A stretch of DNA of 56,680 nucleotides. Origin: an uncultured Candidatus Saccharibacteria bacterium (GTDB lineage Bacteria > Patescibacteriota > Saccharimonadia > Saccharimonadales > CAZLTB01). The first letter of the stretch is position 1, and each line of letters starts with the position of its first letter. Under the pieces are notes generated by a model. It did no database searches, was not told where the DNA came from, and saw only the letters and a list, made by a program, of their open reading frames with translations. A program made the translations under genes and the position numbers. The stretch spans positions 1-56,680 of the forward strand of contig CAZLTB010000003.1 of the NCBI GenBank assembly GCA_964562505.1, written 5' to 3'. This document shows, in pieces, positions 34,910-45,270 of this stretch.

Positions 34910-37717
34910 ATGAGCGATTCTATCAAAATTCAGGGAGCCAGAGAACATAACCTTAAGGATGTTTCACTCGAAATTCCACGGGGTAAGCTGGTTGTGATTA
35001 CGGGTTTATCTGGCTCTGGTAAATCATCTTTAGCATTTGACACTATTTATGCTGAAGGACAACGGCGTTACGTTGAGTCCCTCAGTGCTTATGCGCGCCA
35101 ATTCTTAGGTCTTATGGAAAAACCGGATGTGGATCAAATTGATGGGTTAAGTCCAGCCATTAGTATTGATCAAAAGTCCACAAGCCGTAATCCGCGAAGC
35201 ACCGTGGCCACTGTTACTGAAATTTATGATTACCTAAGGCTTTTGTTTGCCAGAATCGGTTCACCGCACTGTCCTATCTGCACTAAACCTGTAGCCCGCC
35301 AGACTACTGAGGCCATTGTTGATCAAGTCACAAACCTTCCAGCTAAAGCGCGGCTAATGATCTTGGCCCCCGTTGTGATAGACAAAAAGGGTGCTTTTGA
35401 ACACATACCCGAACAGTACCAACGAGCTGGCTTTGCCAGGGCACGCGTAGACAAAGTAGTTTATGCGCTCGATGAATTTCCAGAATTAGATAAAAACTAC
35501 AAACACACCATCGAAATTGTGGTTGATCGCATAGTTAATGATGAAGATAGTCGAGGGCGTTTAGTGCAATCAGTCGAACAGGCCTTGGATATTGCGGACG
35601 GTAAATTGATCGTTGTTAGCGCCGATAGCAATGAGGAATTTTCATATAGCCTAATGTATGCCTGTGTCGACCATCCAGAAGTTGCCATTCCTGAACTCGA
35701 GCCACGAACCTTCAGCTTCAACAATCCTCATGGAGCTTGCCCTGTCTGTACTGGACTTGGCTCCAGGCTTGAAGTTGACCCGGAGTTGGTTATACCCAAT
35801 GGACGGCTGACGATCGCAGAGGGAGCCATACGACCGTTTAATCGAATTAATACTGACGCCTGGTATATGAAGAAATTACAGGCGCTAGCAGATCGCTACG
35901 ATTTTTCGTTACATGTGCCGACCAGCGATATTAGCGCCGCTAATATGGAACGGATTTTATACGGTACGGGGCAGGAAACGTATCGTGTCTCATTGGGTGT
36001 AGGTCGACATTTTGATACTGCCTACGAAGGCGTAATACCTAATCTAGAGCGAAGGCACAAGGAAACAGAAAGCGATTTTATGCGTCGTGACATAGAGCGA
36101 TTTATGAGAGAACTGCCTTGTAATGTCTGCCATGGATTACGCCTCAAACCAGAAGTATTAGCAGTGACAATAGCTGACAAGTCAATTATGGACATCTGTC
36201 AGCTTTCCATTGATGAAGCGCTTAAATTTTTCAATAGCCTTAAACTTACAGATAAAGAAATGCAGATTGGCCGGCAGGTCATCAAAGAAATCTGTGCCCG
36301 TTTGAAATTTATGCAAGATGTCGGACTGAATTACTTGAATCTGCTAAGGAGCGCGGTGACGCTTTCGGGTGGAGAAGCTCAGCGCATACGTCTAGCTACC
36401 CAGATTGGTTCAGGCTTGCAAGGTGTATTGTACGTACTCGATGAGCCCAGTATCGGTCTTCACCAACGAGATAACAAGCGCCTAATTAATACGCTTAAAA
36501 ATTTGCGCGATCTTGGCAATACTGTGTTAGTCGTTGAGCATGACGAAGAAACTATCCGTACGGCGGATTATCTTTTGGACATTGGACCTGGCGCTGGTAT
36601 TCACGGTGGTAAGGTTGTGGCGGCCGGAACGCCAGAGCAGGTTGCCAAAGCAAAGGGCAGTATAACAGGGGAATATTTGCTCGGGCATAAAAAAATTGAT
36701 ACACCAAAAAAACGTCGCAGTGGCAACGACAAGTCTTTAATGATAAAAGGCGCTAAGGAAAACAACCTGAAAAACATTGATGTTGAAATTCCTTTAGGTA
36801 AATTGGTTGTCGTTAGCGGTGTGTCCGGTTCCGGTAAATCAAGTCTTATCAACGACATTCTAGCTAAAGAGCTCTCGGCCAGACTCATGAGAGCTAATGA
36901 GGTTCCCGGTCGCCATGATGATATTGAGGGTATTAAACAATTGGATAAAGCGATCATCATTGACCAGTCGCCAATTGGCCGAACTCCAAGAAGTAATCCG
37001 GCTACATACACAGGTTTATTTACGCCTATTCGCGAGCTGTTTGCGGCTACACCAGAAGCCAAAATCCGTGGCTATAGCCCGGGACGTTTTAGTTTTAATG
37101 TTCGTGGTGGCCGCTGTGAAAACTGCTCAGGTGATGGAATTATCAAGATCGAGATGCACTTTTTACCCGATGTCTATGTTTCATGCGAGGTTTGTAAAGG
37201 AAAGCGCTACAACCGTGAAGCACTTGAAATTCATTACAAAGGCACGACGATTAGCGATGTACTCGAAATGACTTGTGAGCAGGCCCTAGAATTCTTTGAA
37301 AATATTCCGGCCATTGCTCGCAAACTCCAGACCTTAGTTGATGTTGGCTTGGGCTATATTCATTTAGGACAGCCAGCCACTACTCTCTCTGGTGGGGAAG
37401 CGCAAAGGGTAAAGCTTGCGACAGAGCTTTCACGCAGATCAACCGGCCGAACGCTTTATATTTTGGACGAACCAACAACTGGCCTACATATGGATGATGT
37501 AAAAAAACTCCTTGGCGTTTTACATGCTCTAGTGGATGCCGGCAACAGTATGATAGTAATCGAGCACAATTTGGACGTCATTAAAAATGCTGACTGGATT
37601 ATCGACATGGGGCCAGAAGGTGGTGAAGCCGGAGGCAATGTTATAGCCGAGGGTACACCCGAACAGATTTCTAAAGTAAAAAAATCTTATACTGGACAAT
37701 TTTTAAGTAAAATGTAA
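34910..37717 (+). CDS. uvrA: Excinuclease ABC subunit A
   Basis: 935 aa. It has two ABC modules ([18 protein letters not shown]; LSGGEAQR twice) and Cys-rich zinc modules. Confidence 0.95.
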   Translation: MSDSIKIQGAREHNLKDVSLEIPRGKLVVITGLSGSGKSSLAFDTIYAEGQRRYVESLSAYARQFLGLMEKPDVDQIDGLSPAISIDQKSTSRNPRSTVATVTEIYDYLRLLFARIGSPHCPICTKPVARQTTEAIVDQVTNLPAKARLMILAPVVIDKKGAFEHIPEQYQRAGFARARVDKVVYALDEFPELDKNYKHTIEIVVDRIVNDEDSRGRLVQSVEQALDIADGKLIVVSADSNEEFSYSLMYACVDHPEVAIPELEPRTFSFNNPHGACPVCTGLGSRLEVDPELVIPNGRLTIAEGAIRPFNRINTDAWYMKKLQALADRYDFSLHVPTSDISAANMERILYGTGQETYRVSLGVGRHFDTAYEGVIPNLERRHKETESDFMRRDIERFMRELPCNVCHGLRLKPEVLAVTIADKSIMDICQLSIDEALKFFNSLKLTDKEMQIGRQVIKEICARLKFMQDVGLNYLNLLRSAVTLSGGEAQRIRLATQIGSGLQGVLYVLDEPSIGLHQRDNKRLINTLKNLRDLGNTVLVVEHDEETIRTADYLLDIGPGAGIHGGKVVAAGTPEQVAKAKGSITGEYLLGHKKIDTPKKRRSGNDKSLMIKGAKENNLKNIDVEIPLGKLVVVSGVSGSGKSSLINDILAKELSARLMRANEVPGRHDDIEGIKQLDKAIIIDQSPIGRTPRSNPATYTGLFTPIRELFAATPEAKIRGYSPGRFSFNVRGGRCENCSGDGIIKIEMHFLPDVYVSCEVCKGKRYNREALEIHYKGTTISDVLEMTCEQALEFFENIPAIARKLQTLVDVGLGYIHLGQPATTLSGGEAQRVKLATELSRRSTGRTLYILDEPTTGLHMDDVKKLLGVLHALVDAGNSMIVIEHNLDVIKNADWIIDMGPEGGEAGGNVIAEGTPEQISKVKKSYTGQFLSKM

Positions 37718-37732
37718 AATAGTGAGCTAGCT

Positions 37733-38236
37733 ATGCGGATGTTAACCGAGCAAGAATTGAGTTTGGGCAGTGAGGGCTATGTTCGCTATTGTGCAGGCGT
37801 AGCTATGGTTCAATACCCCGAGGGTTTTTCTAGCGTTCATAATGTGGAAGACGATAAGATTGAAGAAAATGTTACTCAGATATTGGCTACAGCAGAACAA
37901 TTAATGATAGGTGGCATGCTGGAAGTAATCAGATATGCCTCTCCGCCCGAGGCTAGAAGAGTAAAACGAGAACTCGAAGGACATTTTGATGATGCAGTAC
38001 CTGGAATGATAGAGATAGTACACAGTGCCTGTATATTAAAGTCTGAGCGTCTTGATGAATTCAACGATAATTTTAAATGGTTACGTCCAGCTCCCTTTTT
38101 GCGCGAGCAGATTTATAAACATCTTTGTCGGGGTAACTATTATGAATTAACTACTTCTCGGCTTCTTGATGATTTCGTTCCAGATGTGCGGCTCATAGAT
38201 AGCGTTAGGTCACGTCACCCTGCATATTCAAGGTGA
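37733..38236 (+). CDS. Hypothetical protein (167 aa)
   Basis: ORF directly after uvrA. No recognisable family. Confidence 0.5.
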   Translation: MRMLTEQELSLGSEGYVRYCAGVAMVQYPEGFSSVHNVEDDKIEENVTQILATAEQLMIGGMLEVIRYASPPEARRVKRELEGHFDDAVPGMIEIVHSACILKSERLDEFNDNFKWLRPAPFLREQIYKHLCRGNYYELTTSRLLDDFVPDVRLIDSVRSRHPAYSR

Positions 38237-38830
38237 TTTTTTAAAATATGCTCGTACGAGATGCCAGAGTGTGGGGCCAAATGAAATAGCCATCGCGGCT
38301 AGAATTATTGGTAGTAGATAATGGTCAATATTGGGAATTTTGCTGCCGAACCAATAACCCAGTAGCGTAACGCCACCGCCCCAAACTAATGCTCCAACAA
38401 AATTAAAAAAATTGAAGCGTGTGAGCGACATATTACCCATACCGGCAACTACAGGTGCAAAAGTTCGTACTATTGGCACGAATCGTGACAGCATTACGGT
38501 TTTCCCACCATGCTTCTCGTAAAATATCTCAGAACGTTCCAAGTATTCTCTGCGGAAGAATAGCCCCTCTTCTTTTTTAAACAAGCGTTTGCCGAATTTG
38601 TGACCGATATGATAGCCGGCATAATAGCCAGCTATAGCCGCCACTATGACAACTAAAAGCAGTTCTGGTAGGGGTAATTTGCCTTGGGCTGCAAAAAAAC
38701 CAGCAGTAAATAACAAGGTGTCGCCCGGCAAGAAAAAACCGGCCAACAGGCCGGACTCAGCAAAAATAATTGCTCCAATTAATAAGAGCCCACCACTTTC
38801 AATCAGACCCGTAACATTTAGCATCCACAC
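38228..38830 (-). CDS. dedA: DedA-family (SNARE-associated/VTT domain) membrane protein
   Basis: It has GLLAGFFLPGDTLLFTAGFFAAQG and RFVPIVRTFAPVVAG. Confidence 0.85.
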   Translation of the reverse strand: MWMLNVTGLIESGGLLLIGAIIFAESGLLAGFFLPGDTLLFTAGFFAAQGKLPLPELLLVVIVAAIAGYYAGYHIGHKFGKRLFKKEEGLFFRREYLERSEIFYEKHGGKTVMLSRFVPIVRTFAPVVAGMGNMSLTRFNFFNFVGALVWGGGVTLLGYWFGSKIPNIDHYLLPIILAAMAISFGPTLWHLVRAYFKKSP

Positions 38831-38887
38831 AAGCTTAGCGTTTTTTGCTACAATAGGGAAGCTATTTGAACAGATTCAGGAGACAAA

Positions 38888-39577
38888 ATGGCAGGAGATG
38901 ATATAGCAGTTGAATTAGAAGAACGCACGGTTGTGCGTAAAGGTCTAAATAATTTGCGCGCAGGCGGCAAAGTGCCTGCAGTAATACATGATCATGGAAA
39001 ACCATCACTTCACGTGACTGGCGACTATTTAAAGCTTGCCAGGGTTTACGAACAGGCTGGTAAGCACCACCCAGTACAACTTAAACTAGGACCAAAACAA
39101 CAGCTGGCTCTTATAAAGGATGTTGATTTTGAGCCAACCAAGCGCCAAATGCGCCATGTCGTTTTTCAAGCTATAAAGCAAGACGAAAAGGTTACTGCCG
39201 CAATACCAGTGGTGCTGGAAGGTGAAGAAATACCTGCCGAGAAAATGAGCCTATTGGTACTTACTCACCTGGATAAAGTTGAAGTAGAAGCTCTGCCCGG
39301 TAATCTGCCCGACCAATTGTCGGTAGACGCCACGACTCTGGTTGAAGTTGGCGACAAACTAAGTGTTGCCGACATCAAAGTGCCGGAGGGTGTCACGATT
39401 TTGACTGAACCAGAACAAACCATAGCAACAGTCGAAATGCCTAAGGATCAAATTGCCGAAGCTGATGCCGCCGCTGCTTCACTAGCAGAAGACAAGGGAA
39501 CGACTGAAGAGCCAGAAACTGAAGATGAAACTGAAGAAGCAACCGCCGAAACCAAAGAACCTTCCGAAGAAGAATAG
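38888..39577 (+). CDS. rplY: Ribosomal protein L25/Ctc with an acidic C-terminal tail
   Basis: It has RKGLNNLRAGGKVPAVIH and HPVQLKLGPKQQLALIKDVDFEP. TGcTACAAT precedes a leader carrying the SD AGGAG. Confidence 0.85.
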   Translation: MAGDDIAVELEERTVVRKGLNNLRAGGKVPAVIHDHGKPSLHVTGDYLKLARVYEQAGKHHPVQLKLGPKQQLALIKDVDFEPTKRQMRHVVFQAIKQDEKVTAAIPVVLEGEEIPAEKMSLLVLTHLDKVEVEALPGNLPDQLSVDATTLVEVGDKLSVADIKVPEGVTILTEPEQTIATVEMPKDQIAEADAAAASLAEDKGTTEEPETEDETEEATAETKEPSEEE

Positions 39578-39579
39578 AT

Positions 39580-40347
39580 GTGACCCAGAAGCCTGTCTTT
39601 AACGAGGTTGGCGAACGCTTCATCGACTATTACAGCACCGTTAGGGGTTACGTTCGACAAGAAGTAACACGGCATGACTTAGTACCTTATCTAAACCCCG
39701 CGCCATTAACAATTGCTGACGTTGGCGGCGGCGACGGTAGGGATAGCGAATGGTTGGCCCTGCAGGGACACGACGTTACTCTTGTAGAGCCCGCTGTCGA
39801 AATGATAAAACGAGCCACGAGGCGGGACAAGCGTATTCACATTGTGCACGGAGATGAGAGAGTGCTATTGCATGAATCTGGTGAAGCGGCTTTTGATGTT
39901 GTTTTATCACACGGTGTGCTTATGTACGAGCTGAATGAGCCTCAGGCTCAATTGGACCGTCTGCTAAAACTTCTAAAGCCTGGCGGTATCTTGTCATTGC
40001 TAACGAAAGGCTATGGGGGTGCGTTTGAGCGTTTGAAACGTCAAGGAAAAACCAACGAGCTGGATGGTCTCAAAAAGACCCACCAGTTTGTTCAGAATAA
40101 GGATAAATTAGGACAACGAGTTTGGGCGTTTAGTGAAGTAGAACTTGATGAAATGATTAAGACAGCCGGTGCCCGTGTTTTGGAATGGGCAGGAGTGAGG
40201 ATTGAGAGCGATGAGGATGCCCGCCAGATTTCAGAGGTGCCGAAAGCGGAGCTTGACGCTATTGTGGCGCAGGAAATAGCCTTAGCACACGACCCAGCTC
40301 GTAGAACAAGCGGCCAAATGCTGCACTTTATTGCTCGAAGATCTTAG
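39580..40347 (+). CDS. Class I SAM-dependent methyltransferase
   Basis: Motif I is IADVGGGDGRD. It also has LKPGGILSL. GTG start 2 nt after rplY. Confidence 0.75.
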   Translation: MTQKPVFNEVGERFIDYYSTVRGYVRQEVTRHDLVPYLNPAPLTIADVGGGDGRDSEWLALQGHDVTLVEPAVEMIKRATRRDKRIHIVHGDERVLLHESGEAAFDVVLSHGVLMYELNEPQAQLDRLLKLLKPGGILSLLTKGYGGAFERLKRQGKTNELDGLKKTHQFVQNKDKLGQRVWAFSEVELDEMIKTAGARVLEWAGVRIESDEDARQISEVPKAELDAIVAQEIALAHDPARRTSGQMLHFIARRS

Positions 40348-40348
40348 C

Positions 40349-42133
40349 TTAGTCTTCTAAGAAGCCGCCGGATTGGTGTTGCCAAAGGCTGGCGTAAGTG
40401 CCATTTTGGCTGACCAGCTCTTTGTGAGTACCTTCTTCTACTATTTCACCCTTTTCCAGTACCAGGATGCGATCCATTTTCTGAATAGTGCTTAAACGAT
40501 GTGCAATTACAATTGCTGTACGTCCTTCCATTAGCTTCCAGAGGGCGTCCTGAATCAATAGCTCACTTTCTGAGTCAAGAGCACTTGTAGCTTCATCCAG
40601 CAGTAGAATTGGAGAGTTCTTGAGCATAGCTCTGGCAATAGCTACACGCTGACGCTGACCGCCGGAAAGCTTAATTCCACGCTCGCCAACCAAAGTTTCA
40701 TAGCCATCTGGAAGCTGGCTAATAAACTCGTGCGCATTGGACATTTTTGCTGCTGCGATCACTTCTTCATCTTTGGCTTCCAGATTACCATAGCGTACAT
40801 TTTCCATAAGTGAACGATGGAACATAATCGGTTCCTGGGGTACATAGGCAATATGTCTGCGCAGATCGTCCTGGGTTAGCCTAGCAATATTCTGGTCGTC
40901 AATACGAATCTGACCGTCATCAATATCGCTAAAGCGTAATAGCAGGCGGGTAAAAGTGGTTTTACCAGAACCTGAATGGCCAACCAGACCAACTTTTTCA
41001 CCAGGTTTGATCCGGGCTGTGAAGTCCTGGAATAATGTTTCACCAGCACCCTCATGGGCAAACGAAACTTTGTCGAATTCCACCTTGCCGCGGCTAATGC
41101 GAGGTTCTTCCGGTGTGGTGGGATCTTTGACAGAAGGCTGGATTTCCAAAATTTCGGTCATCTCGCTAGCATCACCGAATGAACGGTTATAGTTTCGTAA
41201 ACTGTTGTTGCAAAACATCCAGAGCTGGCTCACTAGGCTACCTGTGAAAGTAAAGATCAGGAAAACAGTACCAATATTAGCCTTGAATACCATGACCGCG
41301 ATAATAGCCATAACGAGAGCTAAGATTAAGATCAGACGGTTCATAATACTGAAATAGGCCATTTGTTTCTGGCTAGCGCGCATAACCGCCAGTGTGCCAC
41401 CGCGGCTTACTTTTGTTCGTTTAGCAAATTGCTTACGCTCAAACAACCCTCCCGCAAAACTTTTTATAGCCATGATATTGGTCACACTATCCGCCAGGTA
41501 ACCGGTCTGTTTACTCTCAGCTGCAGCCTGCTCTGCACTGAGGCGTCGTACATTACGTGTCATGATAAAACCGCTTAGCAGATAACCTAAGGAAAAACAC
41601 ATCAAAAGCACAACGAACAACGGAGCTCTAGGAGTCAGAATAACCATAGTAAAGACCAAACCCGACACTAATTGAAGTACTTGATATATTGTCGTATCTG
41701 CAAAGCGTATGTAGCTACCCATCAACTTATTAGTCTGTGAGACAATTGAACCTCCAAATCTGTTGGCATGAAAGTCCGCACTTTGATTAAGCAAATGATC
41801 ATAAACTCTTTCGGCAATATCACGTTCAACACCTGCTTCAAGCCGCCAGTTGAAGGCATCAATTATTCGCCACGCAATAGAACCAAACAGCATAAAGCCG
41901 GCATAAGCCAGAATGCTAAGTCCAAAACTGTCCCATAGGTGACCTGCTTGAAATGCACCCTTGGCTAGACGGTCAAGTACACCAGCAAGAACCACCGAGC
42001 TTAAGAATTGCTCAGCCAAAACAGCCAATGGCACAAAAATCAGTATACCCACAACGTATAGTGGATACTGCCAGATATGATGCCAGTAGAGTGCAAGTGT
42101 CTGCCTGGTTGTAGACTTGGAACTATTTTTCAT
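40349..42133 (-). CDS. ABC exporter, fused permease/ATPase (MsbA/MdlB-like)
   Basis: 594 aa. It has six N-terminal TM segments, Walker A GHSGSGKTT, signature LSGGQRQR and Walker B ILLLDEATS. Confidence 0.9.
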   Translation of the reverse strand: MKNSSKSTTRQTLALYWHHIWQYPLYVVGILIFVPLAVLAEQFLSSVVLAGVLDRLAKGAFQAGHLWDSFGLSILAYAGFMLFGSIAWRIIDAFNWRLEAGVERDIAERVYDHLLNQSADFHANRFGGSIVSQTNKLMGSYIRFADTTIYQVLQLVSGLVFTMVILTPRAPLFVVLLMCFSLGYLLSGFIMTRNVRRLSAEQAAAESKQTGYLADSVTNIMAIKSFAGGLFERKQFAKRTKVSRGGTLAVMRASQKQMAYFSIMNRLILILALVMAIIAVMVFKANIGTVFLIFTFTGSLVSQLWMFCNNSLRNYNRSFGDASEMTEILEIQPSVKDPTTPEEPRISRGKVEFDKVSFAHEGAGETLFQDFTARIKPGEKVGLVGHSGSGKTTFTRLLLRFSDIDDGQIRIDDQNIARLTQDDLRRHIAYVPQEPIMFHRSLMENVRYGNLEAKDEEVIAAAKMSNAHEFISQLPDGYETLVGERGIKLSGGQRQRVAIARAMLKNSPILLLDEATSALDSESELLIQDALWKLMEGRTAIVIAHRLSTIQKMDRILVLEKGEIVEEGTHKELVSQNGTYASLWQHQSGGFLED

Positions 42134-42352
42134 ATACGTGAGCCTCCTTGCTCACGTGCTAAAGTTAAAATTTAATTGAATAGTTTGGTTTTCGGGTTGG
42201 CTAGATTGCCACGGGCAAGCCAGTACCACGAAACAAATATATTCTTAGTAACATTCTAGCCGCCCTTTCCCTTAAGTTTGTTGACTAATTTACAATTATA
42301 TCATATCTGTCAAATTGGTCCAAAACAGAGACATGATAAAATATGTGCCGAT

Positions 42353-43213
42353 ATGCAGAAAATAATTTTGTATTACAAATTTGTACCAGTGCCGGATCCT
42401 GAAACGGTCATGTTCTGGCAGCGAAATCTATGTGAACGTCTAGATCTAAAAGGTCGCATCATAATTTCCAAGCAGGGAATTAATGGAACTGTTGGTGGCA
42501 AGCTAGAAGACGTCAAAATGTACATACGTGACATGAACAAACATCCACTCTTTAAGAAAATTCAATATAAATGGAGTGAAGGTAATTCTGATGACTTTCC
42601 GCGACTATCCGTCAAAGTGCGTGATGAGTTGGTAACTTTGGCACCGAACGAAAACTTCGATGTATTCAACAGTACCAAGGGGTTGAAGCCAAAAGCCTGG
42701 CATAAATATCTGGAAGAACATCCAGAAACAATTGTGCTCGACGCTCGAAACGATTATGAAAGTGACATCGGTGCATTTAAAACTAAAAATGTTGTCAAAC
42801 CGAAGATAAAGAATTTCCGTGAGATCAAGCCGGAGCTTGAAAAATTGCCAAAAGACCAACCAATTCTAACCTACTGCACTGGTGATATTCGTTGTGAATA
42901 TCTAAGTGCCTATATGAAACATAAAGGCTTTGACGAGGTCTATCATCTCGATGGCGGGATCGTTAAATACGGTCAAGAGTTTGGCGACGACGGCTTTTGG
43001 GAAGGCAAGTGTTATGTTTTTGATGAGCGAATGAAGCTGGCTTTTTCAGACAAATCAAAAGACATTGGCGAATGTGTCCATTGTGCCAATAAAACCAGCA
43101 ATCATGAAAATTGTGCCAATAAAACTTGCAACCGTTTAGTGCTGGTTTGCGAGAAATGCAGAAATCGGGATCTTTGTGAAATCTGTGCCGTTGAGCAAGC
43201 CGCAGTTGGTTAA
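42353..43213 (+). CDS. trhO: Rhodanese-domain tRNA uridine(34) hydroxylase TrhO (UPF0176/YbfQ)
   Basis: It has ILYYKFVPV..., GRIIISKQGINGTVGG, the rhodanese loop CTGDIRCE and a Cys-rich C-terminus. The start is set at MQKII, behind TGaTAAAAT. Confidence 0.8.
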   Translation: MQKIILYYKFVPVPDPETVMFWQRNLCERLDLKGRIIISKQGINGTVGGKLEDVKMYIRDMNKHPLFKKIQYKWSEGNSDDFPRLSVKVRDELVTLAPNENFDVFNSTKGLKPKAWHKYLEEHPETIVLDARNDYESDIGAFKTKNVVKPKIKNFREIKPELEKLPKDQPILTYCTGDIRCEYLSAYMKHKGFDEVYHLDGGIVKYGQEFGDDGFWEGKCYVFDERMKLAFSDKSKDIGECVHCANKTSNHENCANKTCNRLVLVCEKCRNRDLCEICAVEQAAVG

Positions 43214-43233
43214 TGCCCTAAATCTCTTATAAT
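43206..43233 (+). promoter_or_regulatory. Promoter TTGGTT-16-TATAAT, 6 nt before the ATG at 43240 (leaderless)
   Basis: Read directly. No SD is present. Confidence 0.45.
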
Positions 43234-43239
43234 AAACTT

Positions 43240-43779
43240 ATGATACAGGTGAAGCGGAAGAAGGCTACGCCACGTTATGTACCGGATTATATTGCGAAGT
43301 CTCTGCTCGACGTTAATTTTGAAGAACTGAAAAGTCGTGGCATAAAGTTTGTTGCCTTTGACGCTGACAGTACACTCGTACCTTTTCAAGGGATCAAACT
43401 AACCAGTGAAACCCGAGAATTTCTAAAGCAAAAAAGGAAGCTATTTAAAAAATGGTGCATTGCCAGCAACCGAGTGCCTGACAATTTGAGACCGCTTGCT
43501 AAAGGAATTGACGCTGAAGTTATTAGAGCGACTTTCTTTGTACGTAAACCACACCGGAAATATTTCTCCAAAGTATTAAACCATCTTGATGCACAGCCGC
43601 ACGAAGTTGCAATGATTGGTGACAAATTATTCGCTGATATGTTTGGTGCCAAACGTTCTGGATTTATAACCGTTTGGGTCGAGAGGCTCGGAACGGATCC
43701 CCTAGACCGACTTATATATTTGAGACGTGTCGAAAGAAGGTTATTGAAAAATTATGTCCAATCTGGAAAACAAGCTTAA
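43240..43779 (+). CDS. YqeG-type HAD-IIIA phosphatase
   Basis: It has FVAFDADSTLVPF (DxDxT) and IGDKLFADMFGAKRSGFITVWV. Confidence 0.75.
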   Translation: MIQVKRKKATPRYVPDYIAKSLLDVNFEELKSRGIKFVAFDADSTLVPFQGIKLTSETREFLKQKRKLFKKWCIASNRVPDNLRPLAKGIDAEVIRATFFVRKPHRKYFSKVLNHLDAQPHEVAMIGDKLFADMFGAKRSGFITVWVERLGTDPLDRLIYLRRVERRLLKNYVQSGKQA

Positions 43780-45268
43780 AGAACTACCAAAACAGCCAGG
43801 CGTATATTTTCACAAAGATGCCAATGGTGAAATCATTTATGTTGGTAAGGCTGCGGTGCTTAGTAACCGCGTCAGGCAATATTTCCAAAAAAGCAGGGTC
43901 CGGGACCCTAAGACAGATGCCCTAATATCCGAAATTGCTGATATTGACTGGATGACGGTCGAGACTGAACTCGATGCTTTGTTTTTAGAAGGCGAGTTGA
44001 TACGTCGCTACATGCCACGCTATAACATTTTGCTGCGCGACGACAAATCAATGGTTTACGTACGGATTGATTACGATAGTGACTATCCAACCGTCACTAC
44101 AACACGCCGGCCCCTTGACGATGGCGCGCGCTACTTCGGGCCCTATCTAAGTACGCTAAGTGTGCGTAAGGCGCTGAAGTTGTTGCGCCGCGTATTTCCT
44201 TTCGCTGTTCGACGCGTATCTGGGCAAAAACGTGCCACATTGCACTACCATTTAGGTCTGGACCCTGGACTCGAGGAAGGCAAAACACGTCTCGAGGACT
44301 ACAGAGCTAACTTGCGTAAACTTATGGCGGTCATAGAAGGCAAGCGTAAAGATATCGAAAGACAAATTGAAAAGGAGATGAAGCAATCAGCAAAAAATTC
44401 ACAATTTGAGGAGGCAGCTAAAAAGAGAAACCAGCTATTCAATCTGCAAAAACTGAGCCGTCAGGTAATATTCAGCGATAAAGAATTTTTAGATATTAGT
44501 AAAGACCATGCGCTCGGTGAACTGGTCGAACTCTTGAGTCTCAAATCATTTCCACGCCGGATCGAAGGCTACGACATTAGCCATCAGCAGGGCAGCGATG
44601 TGGTAGCCAGTATGGTAGTTTTCGCTAACGGGGTAAGTGACAAGAGCGAGTACCGGAAGTTCAAAACTAAAACTAATAAAAACGACGATTTTTATAATAT
44701 GCATGAGACCATATCCCGTCGTCTTTCAGAAGTTAATCGTAAAAAGTGGGGAGTGCCAAGCCTGGTGTTGATCGATGGCGGAAAAGGACAACTTGATGCC
44801 GCAATCCGAGCACGTGATGAAGCTGGTCATAGTAATATTCCGTTTGTTGGACTGGCTAAGCGCGAAGAACAAATCGTTATCCAAAAAGACAAATCAGGGG
44901 TAAGCCTGTCGTCTGAAGTTCTACATAAGTTGGGGGGATTTATGAGTGAGAGCCAAGATTTTGTGCTGGTGGACTTGCCAAAGAACACTAATTTGGTGAA
45001 GCTTTTGCAGCGTATTCGTGATGAATCGCATCGTTTTGCAGTCAGCTATCACTCAACTTTGAAAATTAAACGCCAGAAATCTAGCTTGCTTGACGAGGTT
45101 CCGGGAGTAGGCCCAGCAACCCGCAAAAGATTATTAAAGACTTTTGGTAGCATAAAAGGAATATTAGAAGCAAAAGACTCGGAAATCGAAAAAACAATTG
45201 GCCGAGAAAGGGCAAAGACTTTGCTTAAATATTTGCGGGCTTACAATAAACAAAGTAAAGTCGAGTGA
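43754..45268 (+). CDS. uvrC: Excinuclease ABC subunit C (short, 504 aa)
   Basis: It has GIY-YIG (GVYFHKDANGEIIYVGKA...RV.QYF), a UVR region (QFEEAAKKRNQLFNL), an endonuclease V-like domain and a C-terminal HhH (VPGVGPATRKRLLKTFGS). Confidence 0.88.
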   Translation: MSNLENKLKELPKQPGVYFHKDANGEIIYVGKAAVLSNRVRQYFQKSRVRDPKTDALISEIADIDWMTVETELDALFLEGELIRRYMPRYNILLRDDKSMVYVRIDYDSDYPTVTTTRRPLDDGARYFGPYLSTLSVRKALKLLRRVFPFAVRRVSGQKRATLHYHLGLDPGLEEGKTRLEDYRANLRKLMAVIEGKRKDIERQIEKEMKQSAKNSQFEEAAKKRNQLFNLQKLSRQVIFSDKEFLDISKDHALGELVELLSLKSFPRRIEGYDISHQQGSDVVASMVVFANGVSDKSEYRKFKTKTNKNDDFYNMHETISRRLSEVNRKKWGVPSLVLIDGGKGQLDAAIRARDEAGHSNIPFVGLAKREEQIVIQKDKSGVSLSSEVLHKLGGFMSESQDFVLVDLPKNTNLVKLLQRIRDESHRFAVSYHSTLKIKRQKSSLLDEVPGVGPATRKRLLKTFGSIKGILEAKDSEIEKTIGRERAKTLLKYLRAYNKQSKVE

Positions 45269-45270
45269 TA

